64,000 nt of DNA from positions 737,953-801,952 of the forward strand of contig OY969557.1 in assembly GCA_963701025.1 (NCBI GenBank). The letters run 5' to 3'. The notes beneath the pieces were generated by a model. It ran no database searches and was not told the origin of the DNA. It saw only the letters and a program-made list of their open reading frames with translations. This DNA comes from an uncultured bacterium. GTDB lineage: Bacteria > Patescibacteriota > Minisyncoccia > Phycocordibacterales > PALSA-1337. Made by a program: the position numbers and the translations under genes. Of this stretch, positions 29,400-37,328 are shown one piece after another; position 1 is the first letter of the stretch; every line of letters begins with the position of its first letter.

Positions 29400-30596
29400 A
29401 TGTTTATAGAACGACAGATTCACAAAAAGGTACGAAATTACCTAAAAGAGAGGCAAATCATCGTCATAACCGGCATGAGAAGGGTAGGAAAAACCACTCT
29501 TGTTAAGGAACTACTCAAGGAGATAGGGTCCGCCAACAAGCTATATATCGATTTACAGCAGGTTGAAAATAGGGAACTGTTCAATGACAAGAACTATGAC
29601 AATATCTTGCTCCAACTGAAGAATAAAATGGGCCTAGACTTGAATCAAAAGATGTTTATCGCCATTGACGAGATTCAGCTTGTCCCCGAATTACCGGGGA
29701 TCATCAAGTATCTCTATGACCACAACGACATCAAGTTCATCATTACGGGGTCTAGTTCCTACTACATGAAGAATCTTTTCACTGAATCTTTGTCAGGAAG
29801 GAAGATCATATTCGAATTGTATCCTCTGGATTTCGACGAGTTTCTGGATTTCAAGAATATAAAGCACGACAATAAAGATGATCTTCTCGATACTATCGCT
29901 TCGGGATCGGGGTATTCCGCTTTCAAGGTCTACTATGAAGAATTCATAGAATATGGGGGATTTCCGGAGGTGGTTCTCGCGCATTCCACGGAAGTAAAGA
30001 AGGAAATGCTCAAAGATATCATCAATTCTTATATCAATATCGACGTGGAGACCCTTTCCGATTTCAAAAAGAAAGACGATTTTTATAGACTAGTTAAAGT
30101 GTTGGCGGAACGGGTCGGTTCAAGATTGGATTACGCCAAATTATCGAAGATCGTCGGAATAGCCGATGTCACGCTGAAGAATTATTCAAAGTTCCTCGAA
30201 GATACCTATCTGATCCACAGAATCTCCGTGTTTACAGAAAGCAGGGAGAAGGAGATAACCAAGGCCCAGAAGCTTTATTTTTCCGATACGGGCATCGCTA
30301 ATATACTGGCTGATCTGAGCGGAGGGGCTAAATTTGAGAACACGGTTTTTAACCAACTGAAGCATCATGGCGAAATCAGGTACTATGCCTTGAAAACTGG
30401 TAGGGAAATAGATTTCGTGCTTACAAGGGAAAAAGAAAACCCCGTGGCTGTGGAAGCAAAAGAAACGCCTACGCATTTCGACGTCGAAAATCTGGTGAAA
30501 CTGTCTAAAGTCGCAGGCATAAGCAGGTCGGTGGTTGTCGGAAGGAATTTGACTCCGAATTTTACGGATTATATATGGGGAGGGGATATAAGATAA
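29400..30596 (+). CDS. AAA+ ATPase of the AAA_14 + DUF4143 family, paralogue 2
   Basis: Walker A 'GMRRVGKTT' and Walker B 'IAIDEIQ'. The architecture matches the protein at 27272. Confidence 0.65.
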   Translation: MFIERQIHKKVRNYLKERQIIVITGMRRVGKTTLVKELLKEIGSANKLYIDLQQVENRELFNDKNYDNILLQLKNKMGLDLNQKMFIAIDEIQLVPELPGIIKYLYDHNDIKFIITGSSSYYMKNLFTESLSGRKIIFELYPLDFDEFLDFKNIKHDNKDDLLDTIASGSGYSAFKVYYEEFIEYGGFPEVVLAHSTEVKKEMLKDIINSYINIDVETLSDFKKKDDFYRLVKVLAERVGSRLDYAKLSKIVGIADVTLKNYSKFLEDTYLIHRISVFTESREKEITKAQKLYFSDTGIANILADLSGGAKFENTVFNQLKHHGEIRYYALKTGREIDFVLTREKENPVAVEAKETPTHFDVENLVKLSKVAGISRSVVVGRNLTPNFTDYIWGGDIR

Positions 30597-30603
30597 AATC
30601 AAG

Positions 30604-31401
30604 ATGACAGAACAAAAAACCAGAACAGCCATTCGCGTTGAAAACGTCTATAAGCAATTCGTCATTCCGCATGAAAAGACGAGCACCCTGAAAGGCGCCT
30701 TCATAAATATCTTCCGGAAAAAAACGTATGAAAAGTTCTACGCGCTGAAAGACGTCTCATTCGAGGTCAGAAAAGGCGAATTCTTCGGCATCCTTGGCCG
30801 CAACGGCAGCGGGAAGTCGACTTTACTGAAGATCCTGGCCGGCGTCTATACCGCCAACCAAGGATCGGTGAAGATAGACGGTCTGGTCTCGCCGTTCCTC
30901 GAATTGGGCATAGGTTTCAATCCGGAGCTTTCCGGCCGTGATAACATCTATCTAAACGCCACCGTGCTCGGCCTCTGTGAAAAAGAGATCGACACCAAGT
31001 TCGATTCCATAGTGGCGTTTTCCGAGCTGGGGAGGTTCATCGACCAGAAGATCAAGAATTATTCCTCCGGCATGCAGGTCAGACTAGCTTTCGCCGTGGC
31101 CATCCATGCCAACAGGGAAATTCTGCTCATGGACGAAGTATTGGCGGTCGGCGACACGAACTTCCAGGCGAAATGCCTTCGCGAGTTCGAGCGATACAAA
31201 GAGGCGGGGAAGACCGTGGTCCTAGTCACGCATGATATCGACACCGTGCGGAAGTATTGCGACCGAGCCATGCTCCTGCGCGCTGGCGAAGTGGCCAAGA
31301 TAGGCAGCGCCGAGGAGGTGGGGAATGAGTATGCGCGACAGAATATGGCTGATGAGGATAGGAGAGCGGCGGATGACAGAAAACAACCGGAGAATGAGTA
31401 A
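30604..31401 (+). CDS. ABC transporter ATP-binding protein (Wzt/TagH-like, short form without a C-terminal carbohydrate-binding domain)
   Basis: Walker A 'GRNGSGKST', the ABC signature 'YSSGMQVRLAFA' and Walker B 'LLMDE'. Confidence 0.8.
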   Translation: MTEQKTRTAIRVENVYKQFVIPHEKTSTLKGAFINIFRKKTYEKFYALKDVSFEVRKGEFFGILGRNGSGKSTLLKILAGVYTANQGSVKIDGLVSPFLELGIGFNPELSGRDNIYLNATVLGLCEKEIDTKFDSIVAFSELGRFIDQKIKNYSSGMQVRLAFAVAIHANREILLMDEVLAVGDTNFQAKCLREFERYKEAGKTVVLVTHDIDTVRKYCDRAMLLRAGEVAKIGSAEEVGNEYARQNMADEDRRAADDRKQPENE

Positions 31402-31406
31402 ATAAG

Positions 31407-34400
31407 ATGAAAACAAATAACGCTTTTTGTTCGATATGCACGGTGAGCCATTCCGCTTACGCCGCCACGTTGAATGATTCTTTGAAGAAAGCGGGACACA
31501 GTGAACCGCATTATGTTTTGATCGTGGACTATGACCAAAAATACAAGGACATCATCGACGGATTTAAGTTTACTCCGGTCTTCTTGAGCGAGCTCAACAT
31601 ACCGAGAATCGATGAGCTTATCAGGAAATATTCCGCGTTCGAGCTGTGCAATGTTTTACGGCCATTCTTCATGGAATGGTTATTGAAGAACAATCCTACA
31701 ATGACAAGTTTGATATTTTTAGACACTGATATATACGTTTATTCTCCCTTGACCGGTGTATTCGACCGTATCAGAAAAGATCCGAATACCAGCGTGATCC
31801 TGACTCCGCACTTGAGCGACTACGACGCATACGCCACGGCGCGAGATTATCGTCTTGAGAAGGCGTTTTTCGCGCACGGGCTCTATAACAGCGGTTTTTA
31901 CGTCCTGAAGAATGACGGGAATTCGCTGCGATTTCTTGAATGGCTTAAAGATAAGCTGTTCGATCATTGTTACAACGCTCCTTACATGCATATGTTCGTG
32001 GATCAGAAGATCTTGGACCTCGCCCCCGTGCTTTTTGATTTTGTGAATATATACAAGGATAGGGCCTATAATGTCGCTCACTGGAACTATTCCCAGGGCT
32101 TGATTGAAGAAGATAGCGGAATGTATCGCGTCGGAAAAAACAGACTGGTTTTCTTTCATTTCTCCCAGCTTAGAACGGATCCGTCGGACATGACCGGAAA
32201 CTTCTATCTCGACATATCTCCAGAGGACAGGCGCATCTTCGAAAAGATGGCATCCGGATATCTTGCCTGTTTGAAGAGGAATAACCATGATGAGATAAGG
32301 AAAATACCTTATGGGTACGAAAGAGCGTATGTTCCGCCGGAACTATCGTCTATAGATCCACTTCTGTCAAAATCGGCTGAACTGGCTTCGGTCAAAGCGG
32401 CGCTTGATTCGGCTGAAGGCATGCTGGTCTACAAGACGACTGAATTGAACGACGCCTATCATTCCCGCGGGTGGAGATTCGTCGTATATGTGCGCAAAGT
32501 CCTGAATGTCATTATCCCGCGCGGAAGCGCGCAGAGAAGAGTGACGGCATCAATATACGAGTATTCCAAAAAAGGCGCGAAATTTTATATAGGGACGAAG
32601 CAGAGATTGTCCGGATCGTTATCAGAGCTCAAAAGCGGTTTTGTCAGCTTTAAACCGCGGGCGAAGAGAAGGATAAATAAACAATCAAAAAAGATCGTTT
32701 TCATAGGCCACTATTACCATGATAAGACGAAATCCTCGGCATTCCTGATAGATTATCTACGACAGCACTATGAGGTAAAGGTGATACTGGACGAAAGCTA
32801 TATCGGAAAGGAGTTTCCCGACCTGTCCTTCGTCGATCGGAGCTACCTAGCGGTCGTATTCTTCCAGTCTTTGCCTTCCCGAAAGATCATAGACAAGATA
32901 GATAACGACAACATCATACATTTTCCCATGTATGATGCCGCGGTCGGCCGCGGCCGGGGTTACTGGAACGAATATCGGTCGCTGAAAATGATCAACTTTT
33001 CCAGTACCTTGCACAAGGACTTCGTCAAATGGCGCTTCGAGTCGGTGTATACCCAATATTTTCCAGAACCGGAAGCATTCAGTCCGGGGAATGTCGGCGA
33101 GGCCTTCTTTTGGCAAAGGCTGGATAGCATCAACATCAATACGGTCGCGTGTCTCCTAAAAGGAGAGGAAATCAAGGTCCATGTCCACAGAACGGTTGAT
33201 CCTTGGCACAAATTCATCCAGCCGAGTAAGGTCTTGGAGGACACATTCCACATAGGGTATTCAGACTGGTTCAAGACCAAGGAAGAGATGCTTGATATAG
33301 TCCGATCGAAGGGGATCTATATAGCTCCGCGGGAATATGAAGGGATAGGCATGTCTTTCTTGGAAGCCATGGCTATGGGCAAGGCGGTGATAGCGGTCAA
33401 TCATCCGACAATGAACGAGTATATCGAGGACAAAAAGACAGGATACTTATTTGATCTCAAAAATCCTCGGGAGATCTGCTTCGGCAATATCGAAGAGGTG
33501 CAAAGAAACGCGCACGAATACATGAAAATCGGTTATCAAAAATGGATGGCGGAAAGGAGGCGGATAATCGATTTTATCGTCGCGGGCGAGGACCTGATCG
33601 ATCCGGTTGTGGATAGAAAAGTCGGGCGGAAGACGTTAAAGATGCAGGCATCGCACCAATTGCCCTTGTATTATAAAAAAGATCCTCTGTATGACAGGGC
33701 TTTGCCGCGAATCGCCAAGATGCTCTCCGGGATAGACGGACATCTGACATGCATAGATGTTGGGGCGAATATAGGCGACACCGTGTCTTTGATCACGGAT
33801 GAGGTGAAAGGATCTTTTCTGTGTGTGGAGGGCGACAGAGAATTCCTGCCTTTCCTGAAAGATAACACGCGCGGCCTCGATGGCAACGTCATAGTCATAG
33901 AAGATTGTTACTGCGCCGAAGACGGCGAAAAAGACAGAAAGGTAAAAGTCCATAGAAAGAACGGGACGGCGTGGCTCGAATATGAAAACAAGGCGGGAGA
34001 ATCAGGCGGCGTAACATTCAAAAAATTGGACGATATCGTCGAGAAATATCCTCTATTCAAAGGAGTTAACCTGTTAAAGATCGATACTGACGGGTTTGAT
34101 TTCGATGTGTTAAGGGGAGGTCGCGTATTGCTCAAAGAAGCGACGCCCCTCCTGTATTTTGAATTCGATCCGGAATCATATTCGCGTCATATCGATCATC
34201 CTCTGTCCGTCTTCGATCTCCTTTACCAGAGCGGCTATCAAGACGCCCTGGTGTATGATAATTTCGGGGTTCCGCTTAAGATCATAAAGACGTCCGACAC
34301 GGCCGAAATCAAAAGACTGATGGGCAGCATAGACAAGAGAAATATCTATTATTTCGATATCCTGACGCTTCATCATAGCAAGAAAGACAAGTATGGAAAG

Positions 34401-34433
34401 ATTATCGAGAATGAGCTATTGGAAAAACGCTGA
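31407..34433 (+). CDS. Three-domain glycan-synthesis enzyme: GT-A-like nucleotide-sugar transferase, then a GT-B (GT4-like) glycosyltransferase, then an FkbM-family methyltransferase
   Basis: N-terminal DxD 'LDTDIYV'. Middle domain 'EGIGMSFLEAMAMGKAVIA...DKKTGYLFD'. C-terminal domain 'IDVGANIGD...LLKIDTDGFDFDVLRGG'. Confidence 0.6.
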   Translation: MKTNNAFCSICTVSHSAYAATLNDSLKKAGHSEPHYVLIVDYDQKYKDIIDGFKFTPVFLSELNIPRIDELIRKYSAFELCNVLRPFFMEWLLKNNPTMTSLIFLDTDIYVYSPLTGVFDRIRKDPNTSVILTPHLSDYDAYATARDYRLEKAFFAHGLYNSGFYVLKNDGNSLRFLEWLKDKLFDHCYNAPYMHMFVDQKILDLAPVLFDFVNIYKDRAYNVAHWNYSQGLIEEDSGMYRVGKNRLVFFHFSQLRTDPSDMTGNFYLDISPEDRRIFEKMASGYLACLKRNNHDEIRKIPYGYERAYVPPELSSIDPLLSKSAELASVKAALDSAEGMLVYKTTELNDAYHSRGWRFVVYVRKVLNVIIPRGSAQRRVTASIYEYSKKGAKFYIGTKQRLSGSLSELKSGFVSFKPRAKRRINKQSKKIVFIGHYYHDKTKSSAFLIDYLRQHYEVKVILDESYIGKEFPDLSFVDRSYLAVVFFQSLPSRKIIDKIDNDNIIHFPMYDAAVGRGRGYWNEYRSLKMINFSSTLHKDFVKWRFESVYTQYFPEPEAFSPGNVGEAFFWQRLDSININTVACLLKGEEIKVHVHRTVDPWHKFIQPSKVLEDTFHIGYSDWFKTKEEMLDIVRSKGIYIAPREYEGIGMSFLEAMAMGKAVIAVNHPTMNEYIEDKKTGYLFDLKNPREICFGNIEEVQRNAHEYMKIGYQKWMAERRRIIDFIVAGEDLIDPVVDRKVGRKTLKMQASHQLPLYYKKDPLYDRALPRIAKMLSGIDGHLTCIDVGANIGDTVSLITDEVKGSFLCVEGDREFLPFLKDNTRGLDGNVIVIEDCYCAEDGEKDRKVKVHRKNGTAWLEYENKAGESGGVTFKKLDDIVEKYPLFKGVNLLKIDTDGFDFDVLRGGRVLLKEATPLLYFEFDPESYSRHIDHPLSVFDLLYQSGYQDALVYDNFGVPLKIIKTSDTAEIKRLMGSIDKRNIYYFDILTLHHSKKDKYGKIIENELLEKR

Positions 34434-34438
34434 AATAT

Positions 34439-36223
34439 ATGGAAAAATACAAGCTCTCCATAGTGACCATAACGCACAATGATCCGGGTCTGAAAAGAAC
34501 CCTGGATTCTGTTTTGGCCCAGAAGAACATACGCTCGGATATGGAACATATCATAGTCGACAGCCTTTCGGATGACGGTACTGAAGACATGGTCATGGCC
34601 TATATTGAAAAAGCGCCTTACAGAGTCAACTACATAAGGGAAAAAGACGCCGGCAGGTGCGATGCCATGAATAAGGGGATCGTGGCCGCCAAAGGCAAGT
34701 ATCTGTCTTTCATGAATGCCGGGGATCATTTTTATGATGACACGGCGGTGGAGAGCATCATGAGCGGTAATAACGACAGCGATATAGTCTATGGAAACTT
34801 GCATGTGGTGGATCAAGGAGTTGAGTCGGTCTACTGCCCGCCGGATGCGGTTGACTTCAGTTATTTTCTCAACGGCTACGCTCTGCCGCACCAGGCCTCG
34901 ATAATAAAGAGGGATCTCTTCGATAAAATCGGCCTGTATGACGATTCCTTGAAAATCGTCTTTGATTGGAAGTTCTTTTTGGTGGCGATTTGCAAATACA
35001 AATGCTCATATGTCCATCTTAGCAAGACTATCGCCACTTTTTACACCGGTGGGAACAGCTCAAAAAACCCTCGGCAGGTCGAACTTGAAAAAAGTCGCGT
35101 ATATAACGATGATTTCTCTGAATTCGTGACAAGGAAGATCACGACAGATCGATCCACGAACGGAGCAAAGCTTGAAACCCCGGTCTTGTTCATGGTTTTC
35201 AATCGTCCCGAAACGACCGCTCGGGTTTTCAGCCAAATCAAGAAAGCCAGACCCTCAAAGCTGTATATAGCTTCAGACGGTCCGAGAATGAATAAACTCC
35301 AAGAGGTCGAAGTCGTCAAGAGAGTGAGAGATCTCGTTCTGGACGGCATCGATTGGAACTGCGAAGTCAGAGCTATTATGAGGAGTGAGAATCTGGGCTG
35401 CGGCAGGTCCGTGTCAAGCTCCATCAATTGGTTCTTTGGCCAGGAGGAAGATGGCATAATCTTGGAAGACGACTGTTTGCCCGATGAGACTTTCTTCCCG
35501 TACTGCGCGGAACTGCTTGAAAAATACCGTGACGATGAGCGCGTGACGCACATAAGCGGGACCGCTACCATTACCAGAGAAGATGCCGAAGACACCTATT
35601 ATTATTCGAAATATTTCAATATCTGGGGATGGGCCACGTGGCGCAGAGCATGGAATCAGTATGATTTTGCCATGACGGATTACCCGGTTTTTCGTTCATC
35701 GAATAGGATCGCTGACATCTTTCGTCACATGAGCGTCCAGAAATTCTGGTTGGATTGTTTCGACGCGATATACTCGAAAAGAAACGACACCTGGGATTAC
35801 CAGTGGTCTTACGCCAATTTTATAAATAATACCCTTGCGATAACCCCGTATACCAATTTGATCAAGAATATAGGCTTTGGAGATGATGCCACTCACACGC
35901 CGAATACTGAAGATAAGAGCGCTAATAGGATCACGGGCAAGATAAAAAAGACGGTTCACCCGTTATTCATCATCCACGACGTGTCCATGGATGATCTGAT
36001 CTACTCGGATCATCACGGATTGTCATTGGGGCACCACCCGGTAGGAGATCGTCCGGACATATACCCGGCGTTTGATATAAAAGCCTATCGCAACAAGCGG
36101 TTAGGCTCATTCAATCCGAGACAATTCATGAAGAAACACGTTGACGGATTATTCGGTGGCAGATTGAGTCGCCCCCTAAGGAAGGTCTATCGTTTTGCGA
36201 AGGACAAAAGACTAACCAAATAA
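34439..36223 (+). CDS. Two-domain glycosyltransferase: an N-terminal GT2 and a second nucleotide-diphospho-sugar-transferase-like domain
   Basis: GT2 motifs 'LSIVTITHND', 'IVDSLSDDGT' and DxD 'NAGDHF' in the first half. The second half carries 'VLFMVFNRPETT...LYIASDGPR'. Confidence 0.6.
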   Translation: MEKYKLSIVTITHNDPGLKRTLDSVLAQKNIRSDMEHIIVDSLSDDGTEDMVMAYIEKAPYRVNYIREKDAGRCDAMNKGIVAAKGKYLSFMNAGDHFYDDTAVESIMSGNNDSDIVYGNLHVVDQGVESVYCPPDAVDFSYFLNGYALPHQASIIKRDLFDKIGLYDDSLKIVFDWKFFLVAICKYKCSYVHLSKTIATFYTGGNSSKNPRQVELEKSRVYNDDFSEFVTRKITTDRSTNGAKLETPVLFMVFNRPETTARVFSQIKKARPSKLYIASDGPRMNKLQEVEVVKRVRDLVLDGIDWNCEVRAIMRSENLGCGRSVSSSINWFFGQEEDGIILEDDCLPDETFFPYCAELLEKYRDDERVTHISGTATITREDAEDTYYYSKYFNIWGWATWRRAWNQYDFAMTDYPVFRSSNRIADIFRHMSVQKFWLDCFDAIYSKRNDTWDYQWSYANFINNTLAITPYTNLIKNIGFGDDATHTPNTEDKSANRITGKIKKTVHPLFIIHDVSMDDLIYSDHHGLSLGHHPVGDRPDIYPAFDIKAYRNKRLGSFNPRQFMKKHVDGLFGGRLSRPLRKVYRFAKDKRLTK

Positions 36224-36227
36224 GGGC

Positions 36228-37019
36228 ATGTTCAAAGGGATATTCAAGAAGATTGCCAGAAAGATAGCCGGGACAAATGAGATAGTACCGGAATCCTCGA
36301 CCGACTATAACGCCATCAACGCGAATTGGGCATTGTCATACTGCGACGTGCGCAGAGCCAGGGTTCTTGTAGTCGGATGCAATACCGGAAAAGAATGCTC
36401 CTATTTTGTGACCGCCGGAGCACAGCATGTCACCGGCGTAGATGTGTTGGAAGAGACGGGGAGAGATTACAAGCACGAGAAAGCATCTTATCTCATAGAG
36501 AATGCTGAAGATATGCCGTCTTTGAAAGAAAGCCAGTTCGATCTGGTCTATTGTCACGCGACATTGGAGCATATTCCCGATATCAATGCCGCTTTCAAGG
36601 AAATGGTCCGAGTATGCAGAAAAGGCGGCATGATCTGTACGATAGCCGCTCCGCTTTGGCATTCGGCATACGGCCATCATAAGAAAGAATTCTTTGAAGG
36701 ATATCCCTGGATCCACCTTTGTCTGTCCAAGGACAGGATAAAGGATTGGTTTATCGATAATATGTCGGAAAAGTATCCACCCGGCACGATGGATATCATG
36801 AGCCACATAGATTACATGTTGGATCGCAGGAATATGAATCAGAGAGGGGCTTCAGAATATCTGAAGGTCTGCAATGATCTTGGAGTCAAAATAATCGTTA
36901 ATCAGATTGAAAAAGACCCGACATGTCCATTATTCGGCGAAACGAGGAAAAAGCTTCTGCCAATGTTCGGCGAAGATGAGCTTTTGGGGATGACGCATAG
37001 GTTTGTTGGCATAAAATAG
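36228..37019 (+). CDS. Class I SAM-dependent methyltransferase
   Basis: Motif I 'VLVVGCNTG' and a post-I acidic residue, plus 'DLVYCHATLEHI'. Confidence 0.6.
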   Translation: MFKGIFKKIARKIAGTNEIVPESSTDYNAINANWALSYCDVRRARVLVVGCNTGKECSYFVTAGAQHVTGVDVLEETGRDYKHEKASYLIENAEDMPSLKESQFDLVYCHATLEHIPDINAAFKEMVRVCRKGGMICTIAAPLWHSAYGHHKKEFFEGYPWIHLCLSKDRIKDWFIDNMSEKYPPGTMDIMSHIDYMLDRRNMNQRGASEYLKVCNDLGVKIIVNQIEKDPTCPLFGETRKKLLPMFGEDELLGMTHRFVGIK

Positions 37020-37219
37020 CCGACCCAATCGGCCATGGTATACTATCCATGATATGGTCAATCCTTTCGACCGCAATTTCTTCAGATTCTTCGTCGGCTT
37101 CGTCTGCATCCTGGCCATATCCTTCGCCATCCTCTATGTCGTGGGCCAATGGGGCAATTCTCTGGATAGACAGACGGCCTCCATGTTCAAATAACCCGCC
37201 CTGCGAACCCCAGGCAAAA

Positions 37220-37288
37220 ATCTTCAGCGAAAATTTATCGGATCTTCATCGTTTCTTGAGACTTTCTTGAGCGTTTCTTTATCGCTCT
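37220..37288. repeat. Intergenic repeat copy B (~70 nt), near-identical to 7104-7174
   Basis: ATCTTCAGCGAAAATTTATCGGATCTTCATCGTTTCTTGAGACTTTCTTGAGCGTTTCTTTATCGCTCT, with 3-4 mismatches to copy A. Confidence 0.6.
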
Positions 37289-37328
37289 CCTGATAGTCTG
37301 TGGGCATTATCAGCTCATCGACTATATT

